Of a stretch of DNA of 32,000 bases, positions 1-8,313 are shown one piece after another. The notes beneath the pieces are model-generated. The model had not been told where the DNA came from. It ran no database searches and saw nothing but the letters and a program-made list of their open reading frames with translations. Positions within the stretch are counted from its first letter, which is position 1, and the number at the start of each line of letters is the position of its first letter. The position numbers and the translations under genes are program-made. The DNA is from Methanococcus maripaludis (GTDB taxonomy: Archaea; AGJL01; Methanococci; Methanococcales; Methanococcaceae), in contig NZ_CP026606.1 in NCBI RefSeq assembly GCF_002945325.1, forward strand, positions 1,440,001-1,472,000, read 5' to 3'.

Positions 1-1
1 A

Positions 2-1201
2 CCTGGAACTGAAGTTTACAATGCATCTGAAAAGATTTTGGGAGAAATTTTTTCAAAAGGAACAATTGAAATTGGAAATTTAATTTCAGCAGATTCAAAA
101 GTTAAACTCGATGTAAACAAGTTATGTTCGAGACACTTGGCAATACTTGCAATTACTGGAATGGGTAAGTCAAATACCGTTTCTGTTCTTTTGGAAGAAT
201 TAAATAACATTCATGCAACCGTTTTAGTTTTTGATATGCACAGGGAATATGTTGAAATCGAAGCAAAGAGCAGTATAATTCGAAGAAATATCATAAAACC
301 AAAAATAAACGTATACAACATGTCATATGACGCATTAATGTCTCTTGCAGGAGTTGACCCACAAGCTACAGTTCAAAGGGCAATGGGAAGGCGTGCAATG
401 AAAAAAATCAAGGAATCCAAAAAGGAAGTTGATTTTAATACTGTTGATGAGTATATAAACTCGATTATCAATGAACTCAATTATTACATGGGTATGGATG
501 AATTTAAGAGCAAAGTGGACAGTATTTTAACATTGATTATGCGATTTGAAGATTTGATGACTTTTAAAGATAAAATTACTGCGATAAATTACAATCCTAT
601 TCAAGATATAAAAGAAAATTATGTGAATATTGTTGATATAAGCGAATTAGACGAAAGCAGTACCGATTTAATAATCTCTTACTTTACGGGGGAGATTTTA
701 AAGGATAGAAAAAAAGTTTTATGGAATACAAAAGTTGCAAAACCAATATTTATAATATATGAGGAAGCACATCTTATTGTGCCACAAAACAGGCCCACAA
801 AATCCAAGATTCCGATTTCAAAAATTGCAAGGGAGGGTCGTAAATTTGGTGTAGGAATTTGTCTTGTTTCACAAAGGCCAAAAACCCTTGACCAAGAGTC
901 GCTATCCCAGTGCAACAACTTTATAATTTCAAAATTAATTGAGCCAAGCGATCAAAAACACGTCCAACACGCATCAGAAAATTTAAGCGAAGACTTATTA
1001 AATCAGCTTCCAGGCTTAAACGTTGGGGAAGCAGTAATAATTGGCCCTTGTTTGAAAATCCCTGCAATGGTAAAAATAAAAAGATTTGAAGGGGAATATG
1101 GTGGTGAAGACGTTAAATTTGATGAACTTTGGACTACTGAAAAAGAAAAGAATATTCCTGAATTTATAGAAAGTAATGAACTTTTTAATGACGATTTGTA
1201 G
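2..1201 (+). CDS. HerA/DUF87-type P-loop ATPase, 5'-truncated by the window edge
   Basis: The frame is open from nt 2, with no stop before the listed TTG at 38, so the gene continues upstream. Walker A LAITGMGKSNT, Walker B-like IFIIYEEAHL and the ICLVSQRP motif are typical of HerA/FtsK-like ATPases. Confidence 0.75.
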   Translation, partial: PGTEVYNASEKILGEIFSKGTIEIGNLISADSKVKLDVNKLCSRHLAILAITGMGKSNTVSVLLEELNNIHATVLVFDMHREYVEIEAKSSIIRRNIIKPKINVYNMSYDALMSLAGVDPQATVQRAMGRRAMKKIKESKKEVDFNTVDEYINSIINELNYYMGMDEFKSKVDSILTLIMRFEDLMTFKDKITAINYNPIQDIKENYVNIVDISELDESSTDLIISYFTGEILKDRKKVLWNTKVAKPIFIIYEEAHLIVPQNRPTKSKIPISKIAREGRKFGVGICLVSQRPKTLDQESLSQCNNFIISKLIEPSDQKHVQHASENLSEDLLNQLPGLNVGEAVIIGPCLKIPAMVKIKRFEGEYGGEDVKFDELWTTEKEKNIPEFIESNELFNDDL

Positions 1202-1216
1202 AGTCAAGAGGCGTTT

Positions 1217-2029
1217 ATGAGCTTTGAAGTTACATTTGACGGAATGAGATACTCTTGCGTTAACTGCGCTTACTGTTGCAGTTGCAAAAATTGGAGAGTA
1301 TTTTTAAGTTATTTTGACATGATGAGACTAAAAGGCTATGAAAATTATATTGAAAAGTCAAATTCAAATTATGAACATGTTTTAGCCCTTAGAAATGGAA
1401 AGTGCGGCCTTATCGAGAATAATTTATGTAGAATACAGCTTGAAAAAAGCTATGATACGAAACCTGCAATGTGCAGGCTGTTTCCCTTCAGTTTCATGGT
1501 AAAATGGAATGGGGACTTACTTTTGATTTTAAAACACTACTGTAGTGGTGTTCAGGTAGGTAAATGCAGTAAAAAAACTATAAAACATGCAATAGAATGC
1601 TGTGAAGAATTATATCACGACCAACTTTCGGAATTTTCCTTAGACTTTGCTGAAAGAAGTGATAAAACTTCTTTAAATGAAAAAACAGAAATTTGTTGGG
1701 AAGAAAGGGCAGAACTTGGAAAATACTTCTTTAAAATTAAAAAATTTGATAGTTTTTCTGAAAAATATTCTGAAATATTTTCTGAAGATATATCTGACTC
1801 TATTGAAAAATTAAAATCAAAAAACAATGGTTTTGATGAAAAAACTCAAAAATTGCGTGAAAAAGAGACTTTACGCTATATGTATGAGTTGAATAAAAGA
1901 GAACATTTTAGAAAAATGTCTTTTAAAAAAGAACTGGATAATCTTATAAACGTTGGAATCATTATTGATGATTATAAAGATTTACTCAAAGGTGAAGGTG
2001 CAGTAGATTCAAAACTCCTTCTTAACTGA
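1217..2029 (+). CDS. YkgJ/UPF0153-family cysteine-cluster protein (CxxCxxCC metal-binding domain) with a long charged C-terminal extension
   Basis: The N-terminal CVNCAYCC matches CxxCxxCC, and the second half-site GKCGLIENNLCRIQ...KPAMCRLFPF is typical of the family. SD AAGAGG lies 5 nt before the ATG, 15 nt after the ATPase stop. Confidence 0.6.
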   Translation: MSFEVTFDGMRYSCVNCAYCCSCKNWRVFLSYFDMMRLKGYENYIEKSNSNYEHVLALRNGKCGLIENNLCRIQLEKSYDTKPAMCRLFPFSFMVKWNGDLLLILKHYCSGVQVGKCSKKTIKHAIECCEELYHDQLSEFSLDFAERSDKTSLNEKTEICWEERAELGKYFFKIKKFDSFSEKYSEIFSEDISDSIEKLKSKNNGFDEKTQKLREKETLRYMYELNKREHFRKMSFKKELDNLINVGIIIDDYKDLLKGEGAVDSKLLLN

Positions 2030-2046
2030 GACGAATTGTGAAAACT

Positions 2047-2574
2047 ATGTCTGTAAAAGAATACCTCATTATTTTAATAATTGTTTTAATTTTTGCAGCA
2101 GTCCCACTGATAATTTTGCAGGAAAAAAAGGATAACCTTTCAGAAATGCAAGAATTTGAAAAATACGGGGTTTACGAAGTAAAAAAAATTAATTCGGAAG
2201 ACGGAAATATATTAAGGGTTTTTCAAATTAGAAATACTATCGGAGAAAGATTAAGGGGAGAACTTGATAAATCTGCAAAATTAGACCTTTGTTATATCCT
2301 TTGGTATTCATACAACAATTTTGAGGATATAAACTCTGTAGAAGTGTTTTCTTACTATAATAACAGTGGAGATATGAAGATTTATTACCTTTACGAGATA
2401 GGAACAAGAGAAATAGAAATTTCGGAGCTTTCAAACGCGACTGAAGCAGAAGTTATGGCTTATATGGAATATTATTATCGTAAAATAGTTAAACTAGGAA
2501 ATTTAAATGTAATGGATGAGAATATCCCCTACTGGAAGGAGGCAGATAATGGTTACGATAGTTCCAATAAATGA
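2047..2574 (+). CDS. Hypothetical protein with a single N-terminal transmembrane anchor
   Basis: The hydrophobic segment YLIILIIVLIFAAVPLIIL follows the start. ATG 2047 is preferred over GTG 2038 because GTGA-N5-ATG precedes it. No recognisable domain. Confidence 0.5.
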   Translation: MSVKEYLIILIIVLIFAAVPLIILQEKKDNLSEMQEFEKYGVYEVKKINSEDGNILRVFQIRNTIGERLRGELDKSAKLDLCYILWYSYNNFEDINSVEVFSYYNNSGDMKIYYLYEIGTREIEISELSNATEAEVMAYMEYYYRKIVKLGNLNVMDENIPYWKEADNGYDSSNK

Positions 2575-3121
2575 GGAAGAAAGGGCAAGCATAATAAACG
2601 GGCTTAAAAGTTCAGTACCTGCTACTAAATTAATCACTTTGAAAAAAATTGTTGATTTAACTGTTTTAAGACCTGAATCATTGCAGTACATGGAAATGAC
2701 CGACAAAATGGCAATTCAGAGAATAGTTTCGGGAATTGAACGAATAATGGAATATGATATTGATGAAGTTTTAAAAAGAGAGGCTTCAATTGCTCTTGAA
2801 AAACTCAAAGTAACTCTTGGTTCAAAATTTGTACAAAATTTATTTTACTGTCAAAACTGTAATGGTGTAGTTGATATTGGCTGGGAAAACTGTGCAAATT
2901 GCGGTGCAAGTTTGGCAGAAATGGAGTTTGCTGAAACAAAACCTTGTCCAAACTGTAACAAACACACCTCTGAAAACTGGAATAACTGTGCACACTGCGG
3001 ATTCCAACTTATCAAAGAAGAAGATAAAATTCAAAAATGCAGCGGTTGTAAAAGAGAAGTTGATCCAACGTGGATGGTCTGCCCATACTGTGGAACGAGA
3101 CTTAAAGTTTCGAAAAAATAA
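2549..3121 (+). CDS. Triple zinc-ribbon protein with an alpha-helical N-terminal domain
   Basis: AAGGAGG (2536-2542) lies 6 nt before ATG 2549, so the start overlaps the end of the previous gene. There are three tandem CxxC-x(11-12)-CxxCG modules: CQNC..CANCG, CPNC..CAHCG and CSGC..CPYCG. Confidence 0.6.
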   Translation: MVTIVPINEEERASIINGLKSSVPATKLITLKKIVDLTVLRPESLQYMEMTDKMAIQRIVSGIERIMEYDIDEVLKREASIALEKLKVTLGSKFVQNLFYCQNCNGVVDIGWENCANCGASLAEMEFAETKPCPNCNKHTSENWNNCAHCGFQLIKEEDKIQKCSGCKREVDPTWMVCPYCGTRLKVSKK

Positions 3122-3133
3122 GGCAAATATCTC

Positions 3134-3156
3134 TTTTTTAAATTTTTAAACTTTTT
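3134..3156 (+). terminator. Oligo-T tracts (T6, T5, T5) downstream of the zinc-ribbon gene; archaeal-style terminator
   Basis: ctcTTTTTTaaaTTTTTaaacTTTTTaaaa starts 13 nt after the stop. Archaeal RNA polymerase terminates at oligo-T runs. Confidence 0.4.
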
Positions 3157-3189
3157 AAAATTATCGAGTTTATATTTTTTACTGTAAAT

Positions 3190-3197
3190 TTTATATA
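3190..3197 (+). promoter_or_regulatory. TATA box (TTTATATA) for the substrate-binding lipoprotein gene
   Basis: A consensus archaeal TATA element sits about 36-43 nt upstream of the GTG start at 3233. Confidence 0.4.
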
Positions 3198-3232
3198 TTT
3201 AAATACATATTTTCTATGAATGATTATTTGAG

Positions 3233-4381
3233 GTGTTAATTATTAAAAAATTTGTAATAATTGCAAGCTTATTATTGGCACTTTTATTTGCAGGTTGTAC
3301 GGATAGTACTACTTCAGATGGGGAAGTTGCTGACTTGAAGGTTGCATACCTTCCATCAGACCACGATGCACCGTTATTTGTTGCAGCAGAATATCCTGAT
3401 GTATTCAAAGACGAATATGGCGTATATTTACAAGAAGTTGAGAATAAAAAAACATACGAACTTTATGAAAACGATAAACTCGTAGCAAATGTTGAATTTA
3501 TAAAAGTTATTGAAGGTGGAGCGAAAATCATGACTTTGATGGCACAAGGTCAGATTGACGTTGGATTAAACGGAGTTCCTCCTGCAGTATTCTCAATTGA
3601 TCAGGGAACTGCTGCAAAAATTGTAAGCCCTGCTCAATCAGAAGGTTCAGCAATCGTTATTAAAAGCGACATTCCTGCTAAAACATGGGAAGAATTTGTA
3701 GTTTACATAAAAGAACAGGCAGAATCAGGAGTACAGGTTAAAATTGGACACCCGCTCCCTACCTCAATCCAATATGTTATGATAAAATCAGCACTCGATG
3801 CTGAAGGAATTACCTACACAGAAAATCCAAATGATGAAGATACAATGGTTCAGCTTATCAACTGTAAGGGTCAGGGAACAATGCCACAGTTATTAAGCAG
3901 CAATGAACTCGATGCAGTAATTGCATGGGAACCAACACCAGAGCAGTTAGCAGTTTCAGGAATTGGAAAACCAGTAATTTATTCCGGAAACGTTCCACCT
4001 GAAGGAATGTGGGAAAACCACCCTTGCTGTGTATTTGTTGCATCAAATAATGCAATAGAAAACAAAAGAGAAGGCGTAAAATCATTCTTAAAATTAATGG
4101 CTTTAGCAAACAATGAAATTACGGCAAATCCAAAACTTGCAGTAAATGCAAGTGCTGAATGGCTCGGAACTGACTTAGAAGTTGAAGAACGTTCAATTCC
4201 AAACATCGGATTTACAAATGAAATTGGTTCTTTAGAAGCTATTGGACCTGAATTTGTAAAAGTTATGGATGAACAAGGTGCAATGACTGGCCAATTAGCA
4301 GGACTTGAAGATGCTGAAGAAATAAATGCAATTCTCTACGATTTCACATTATATAATGAAATCATGGAAGAAATACAATAA
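3233..4381 (+). CDS. Lipoprotein resembling ABC-transporter substrate-binding proteins of the NitT/TauT (SsuA/NMT1-like) family
   Basis: Signal peptide plus lipobox LLFAGC. LKVAYLPSDHDAPLFVAAE and the overall layout resemble sulfonate/nitrate/bicarbonate-type binding proteins. GTG is the only start codon in frame after the upstream stop. Confidence 0.65.
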   Translation: MLIIKKFVIIASLLLALLFAGCTDSTTSDGEVADLKVAYLPSDHDAPLFVAAEYPDVFKDEYGVYLQEVENKKTYELYENDKLVANVEFIKVIEGGAKIMTLMAQGQIDVGLNGVPPAVFSIDQGTAAKIVSPAQSEGSAIVIKSDIPAKTWEEFVVYIKEQAESGVQVKIGHPLPTSIQYVMIKSALDAEGITYTENPNDEDTMVQLINCKGQGTMPQLLSSNELDAVIAWEPTPEQLAVSGIGKPVIYSGNVPPEGMWENHPCCVFVASNNAIENKREGVKSFLKLMALANNEITANPKLAVNASAEWLGTDLEVEERSIPNIGFTNEIGSLEAIGPEFVKVMDEQGAMTGQLAGLEDAEEINAILYDFTLYNEIMEEIQ

Positions 4382-4528
4382 TTTTCATAAACTTTCTTTT
4401 TTTAATTAATTATGATGTACTCTATTTTAAGAATTTTAATAGCCATTATTTGGATATACGCGGTTTAAAATTAAAAAAATGCTTTTTTAGGGCTCTATTT
4501 GATTAAATTTTTGTTATTATCAATTAAA

Positions 4529-4536
4529 TTTATATA
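4529..4536 (+). promoter_or_regulatory. TATA box candidate (TTTATATA) upstream of the NADH oxidase-family gene
   Basis: It lies in the 227-nt AT-rich spacer. SD GGTGA is at 4597-4601, before ATG 4609. Confidence 0.35.
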
Positions 4537-4608
4537 TTTGAAAAAAGCTCCTATATTCTAAGAATTATTCGAAATTTACACAAATTTTTTAATTATTTTG
4601 GTGAAAAT

Positions 4609-5937
4609 ATGGACGTAGTAATAATAGGAAGCGGTGCAGGGGGACTTACAACTGCATCAAACATAAAAAAACACGATAAAAATGCAAAAGTAACAGTAAT
4701 TACCTCAGATAAATATATTGCATACTCACCATGCGCTATACCTTACGTAATTGGTGAAGAAATTGCAGATTTTGATACTATTATCATGCACACACCTGAA
4801 GATTACAAGGCAAAAGGAATCGATGTAATTGTCGAAGCTGAAGTTTTAGACGTGATTTCAGGCGAAAACAAAGTAATTTACAAAAAAGATGGAAACGAAA
4901 CAGAAATTAAATACGATAATTTAGTTTTAGCAACTGGGGGAACTCCATTTGTACCTCCGATCGAAGGAGTAAATTTAGATGGCGTATTTAAAGTAAGAAC
5001 TATTGAAGATGGTCAAAAAATAACCGAATGGGCAAAAGACACTAAAAATGTAGTGGTTGCAGGTGCTGGAGCAATCGGCATTGAAATTGCATTTGGATTA
5101 AAAGAAATTGGGTTAAACGTAACTGTTGTTGAAATGGTTCCACAAGTATTCCCAAGAGCACTCGACCCAGACATGGCAGAAACTGTCCAAAAATATTTGG
5201 AAGAACAGGGAATTAAAATTATTCTTGAAAAACCTGTTGGAAAAATTATTGGAAACGACAAGGTCGAAGCTGTTTTAGTTGGCGAAGAAACAATTCCTGC
5301 AGAAATGGTAATTATGTCAACAGGAGTTAGATCAAACATCCAACTTGCTAAACGCGCAGGCTGTGACATTGGAAGATGGGCAGTTCTTACAAATGAAAAA
5401 ATGCAGACATCAATCCCAAACATCTATGCAGTTGGAGATTGTGTTGAAGTAATCGATGCAATAACAATGCAAAACACACTTTCACCATTTGGAACAACCG
5501 CAGTAAGGCAGGGAAAAGTAGCAGCTAAATGTATTGCAGGACTTGAAGCAGAAATTAAACCTGTATTAAACAGTATGGTTTCAAAAATCGGAAAGCTTGA
5601 AATTGGTGGAACTGGAATGACTGAAACCGCTGCAAAGATGAATGGAATTGAAATTGTCTTAGGATACTCAAAATCACTTACAAGAGCAAGATACTACCCT
5701 GGCGGAAAACCAATTTACATAAAAATGGTTGCTGACAAAATGACGAGAAAAGTAATCGGTTGCCAGATTATTTCAGAAGAAAGAGTCGCAGAAAGAGTAG
5801 ATGCAATGTCAGTTGCAATTTCAAATGGAATGACTGTTGAAGAATTAGCAAATCAAGAATTCTGTTATGCACCACCAGTTTCAATGGTAATTGACCCGAT
5901 AGTTTTCGCTGCAGAAGATACGCTCGATAAATTTTAA
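4609..5937 (+). CDS. FAD-dependent pyridine nucleotide-disulfide oxidoreductase, NADH oxidase / CoA-disulfide reductase family
   Basis: FAD-binding VVIIGSGAGG, the single redox Cys motif YSPCAIPY, a second Rossmann motif VVVAGAGAIGIE, and GDC near the C-terminal third. Confidence 0.85.
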   Translation: MDVVIIGSGAGGLTTASNIKKHDKNAKVTVITSDKYIAYSPCAIPYVIGEEIADFDTIIMHTPEDYKAKGIDVIVEAEVLDVISGENKVIYKKDGNETEIKYDNLVLATGGTPFVPPIEGVNLDGVFKVRTIEDGQKITEWAKDTKNVVVAGAGAIGIEIAFGLKEIGLNVTVVEMVPQVFPRALDPDMAETVQKYLEEQGIKIILEKPVGKIIGNDKVEAVLVGEETIPAEMVIMSTGVRSNIQLAKRAGCDIGRWAVLTNEKMQTSIPNIYAVGDCVEVIDAITMQNTLSPFGTTAVRQGKVAAKCIAGLEAEIKPVLNSMVSKIGKLEIGGTGMTETAAKMNGIEIVLGYSKSLTRARYYPGGKPIYIKMVADKMTRKVIGCQIISEERVAERVDAMSVAISNGMTVEELANQEFCYAPPVSMVIDPIVFAAEDTLDKF

Positions 5938-5960
5938 GTACGATTATCGGCATCTCAGCC

Positions 5961-5976
5961 TTTTTTAAACTTTTTT
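5961..5976 (+). terminator. Two T6 tracts after the oxidoreductase gene
   Basis: cagccTTTTTTaaacTTTTTTatt begins 24 nt after the stop codon. Confidence 0.4.
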
Positions 5977-6079
5977 ATTGAATTTGAAAACAAAAACTAT
6001 TATATTGTTTTAAACTATAATTTTTGATTACGACATATAATATATAATTTTAACAATTAATATACGATCAGGCGATTAA

Positions 6080-7048
6080 ATGTTAATAAGGCCAAGAAGA
6101 CTTAGAAAAAACCAGAAAATTAGAGATTTGGTAAGAGAAACCGTTTTAACTAAAAACGATTTAATAATGCCAATTTTCGTAGATGAAAATTTAAAAAACG
6201 ATGAAAAAACTCCAATTAACTCAATGCCTGGACAATTCCGGTATGGTGTAGATTCCGCAGTTAAAGAATGCGTTGAAATTTCAAAATTGGGAGTTCCCGG
6301 AGTAATTTTGTTTGGAATTCCAACTGAAAAGGACGAATTTGCAAATTCTGCGGTAAATGAAAACGGTGGAGTTCAAAAGGTTATTTCAAAAGTAAAGGCC
6401 GAACTTGGGGACGATCTTTTAGTAATTGCGGATGTCTGTATGTGTGAATACACAAGCCACGGGCACTGCGGTATAATTAAAGGAGAAGAAATTTTAAACG
6501 ACGAGACACTTGAAATACTTGGAAATATTGCTCTGTCATATGCAAAGGCCGGTGTTGATATTGTTGCACCATCTGACATGATGGATGGAAGGGTTTTAAA
6601 AATTAGAAATGTTTTGGATGAGAATGGATTTAAAAACGTTTCAATAATGAGTTATGCTGCAAAATATGCATCAGCATTTTACGGGCCATTTAGGGATGCT
6701 GCAGAGAGCACACCGCAATTCGGGGATAGAAAATCATACCAGATGGATATGGGAAACTCAAGAGAAGCCATAAAAGAGATAGAACTCGATATAAAAGAAG
6801 GTGCTGACTTAATTTTGGTAAAACCAGCTCTTCCGTATCTTGATATTGTAAAAATGGCAAAAGAAATATCTAATGTTCCAGTCGGAGGATACTGTGTAAG
6901 TGGGGAGTATTCAATGATTGAAGCAGCGGCAGAAAAAGGATGGCTTGATAGGGAAAAAGTAATATATGAAACGCTTTTAAGCATAAAACGGGCAGGGGCT
7001 GACTTTATAATAACATACTGGGCAAAAGAAGCTGCTACGTGGCTATAA
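6080..7048 (+). CDS. hemB: Porphobilinogen synthase (delta-aminolevulinate dehydratase)
   Basis: The N-terminal RPRRLR signature, the metal-site Cys cluster [14 protein letters not shown], and active-site Lys contexts (VKPA, YxxSGEY). Confidence 0.95.
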   Translation: MLIRPRRLRKNQKIRDLVRETVLTKNDLIMPIFVDENLKNDEKTPINSMPGQFRYGVDSAVKECVEISKLGVPGVILFGIPTEKDEFANSAVNENGGVQKVISKVKAELGDDLLVIADVCMCEYTSHGHCGIIKGEEILNDETLEILGNIALSYAKAGVDIVAPSDMMDGRVLKIRNVLDENGFKNVSIMSYAAKYASAFYGPFRDAAESTPQFGDRKSYQMDMGNSREAIKEIELDIKEGADLILVKPALPYLDIVKMAKEISNVPVGGYCVSGEYSMIEAAAEKGWLDREKVIYETLLSIKRAGADFIITYWAKEAATWL

Positions 7049-7066
7049 ATAATTATGAGGGGGATT

Positions 7067-7744
7067 ATGGGATTTATAACTTCACTATCAAAACATAGTT
7101 TATCACCGATAAGTGGAAAATTAAATGAATATCCATTAAGTTTATTTTTAAGAAATCTTGATAAAAAGGATTATTTCATTTTAAAAGATTATAATCTGGG
7201 CCGTAATGGTAATTTAAGCGTTATCGATTACATCATAGTTTCAAAATACGGAATTTTCGTTATAAATTCAAAAAATCTGCCTGGAACTATTACAAATAAA
7301 GACGGTAAGTGGGTTCAAAAAATAAATGGATCTGAAAATTTAATTGAAAATCCTGTTTTAGAAACTTATAATTTAGTAAATTTATTAAAAAAAGAAGTTA
7401 TTGCAGTAAAAGATATCGAAATAATTCCTATAATAATATTTAATGCTACATCAAAACTTGATTTTAATTTGGATGGCATTATAAACAGCCCTGAAATCAT
7501 TAGAAAAATAAAAAGTTATAATAATCCGATAATCACCCAAAAGAAATGTGAAAGTATAATTTACAGTCTTTTACAGCCTAATAATTCAAAGAATGGATTG
7601 AATGTGGTTAAGTATCCTGTAAAAAAAATCATTGATGAAGGTAATAAACATTTCTGCCCAAAATGCGGTTCAAAACTTAAAGTTTCAGAAATCGAAAAAA
7701 GTTTTGTATGTCCAAATAATAAAAAATGCGGCTCAAAATTATAG
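7067..7744 (+). CDS. NERD (nuclease-related domain) protein with a C-terminal topoisomerase-type zinc ribbon
   Basis: The DYIIVSKYGIFVINSKN core is typical of NERD. The C-terminus is CPKCGSKL...CPNNKKCG. ATG 7067 is preferred because GAGGGGG lies 3 nt upstream; ATG 7055 is the alternative. Confidence 0.65.
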   Translation: MGFITSLSKHSLSPISGKLNEYPLSLFLRNLDKKDYFILKDYNLGRNGNLSVIDYIIVSKYGIFVINSKNLPGTITNKDGKWVQKINGSENLIENPVLETYNLVNLLKKEVIAVKDIEIIPIIIFNATSKLDFNLDGIINSPEIIRKIKSYNNPIITQKKCESIIYSLLQPNNSKNGLNVVKYPVKKIIDEGNKHFCPKCGSKLKVSEIEKSFVCPNNKKCGSKL

Positions 7745-8248
7745 TTAAATTTTGTTATTATTTTTATCTTTAATTCCCTTTAAATACCATTCAGGCGCTT
7801 TTCTTTTAGACCATTTACAAAAACTCGATTTTTCAGATATGTAGTAGTTGCGATATGCAGTTACAGCATTATCTGAGGTATATTCTTTTGGTATTGCCTG
7901 TGCAAAAGGTGTTAACTCAGTAATATCCGATTTTACCGGATTATATTCTAAGTATTTTAAAAGTTCAGAAGATTTATGTATTTTCCCGTATCTAAAAGTA
8001 TATTCTGATAAAAGTGCTTTTAAAAGAGATAGCGCCCATTCGTAGTTTTTAGGAGATTTTGAAGCCCATATAACACAGGGGTGTTTTTCGTGCGTTTTTT
8101 TATAGCATTTTTCTTTATAAATTGAATCATGAATGTGGTGAACTGTTGATAAAATTTGTGCAGCTTCAAGAGGCATTTTTACAACGTGTTTGTCGCAGTG
8201 CATTTTAGCAGCTTTTAGTGGATCGCTATCTAAAATAAAAAGTTGCAA
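7745..8248 (-). CDS. Conserved hypothetical protein with a tentative T4 endonuclease V / pyrimidine-dimer glycosylase-like fold
   Basis: TTG start with SD GGTGA 6 nt upstream. CDKHVVKMPLE has D-x-H-x6-E spacing like DQHLMAEYRE around the catalytic Glu of T4 EndoV, and the C-terminal RKAPEWY resembles QRPTWY. The T4 sequence is recalled from memory. Confidence 0.4.
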   Translation of the reverse strand: MQLFILDSDPLKAAKMHCDKHVVKMPLEAAQILSTVHHIHDSIYKEKCYKKTHEKHPCVIWASKSPKNYEWALSLLKALLSEYTFRYGKIHKSSELLKYLEYNPVKSDITELTPFAQAIPKEYTSDNAVTAYRNYYISEKSSFCKWSKRKAPEWYLKGIKDKNNNKI

Positions 8249-8313
8249 GATTGTTCACCTTTTGAAATTAAAAAATGATTTAAATTAATTTATGTCAAAA
8301 AAAGTTAAAATAG

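Noticed and set aside
2871-3149. A 92-aa alternative-frame ORF overlapping the zinc-ribbon gene on the same strand.
   Set aside because: It has no SD or domain signal. The zinc-ribbon frame shows three perfect CxxC...CxxC modules, so that is the real frame.
4412-4468. An 18-codon hydrophobic micro-ORF (MMYSILRILIAIIWIYAV) in the spacer after the binding-protein gene.
   Set aside because: It has no SD-like sequence upstream. Short hydrophobic ORFs arise easily by chance in T-rich DNA, and it overlaps the likely terminator and promoter region. It is not supportable without expression data.
4382-4608. A possible small RNA (C/D-box-like ATGATGT at 4412-4418) or riboswitch in the longest spacers (4382-4608, 5938-6079, 19058-19260).
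   Set aside because: No matching D box (CTGA) or terminal stem could be found by eye. The spacers are uniformly AT-rich without the GC-enriched islands that mark structured RNAs in AT-rich archaeal genomes.
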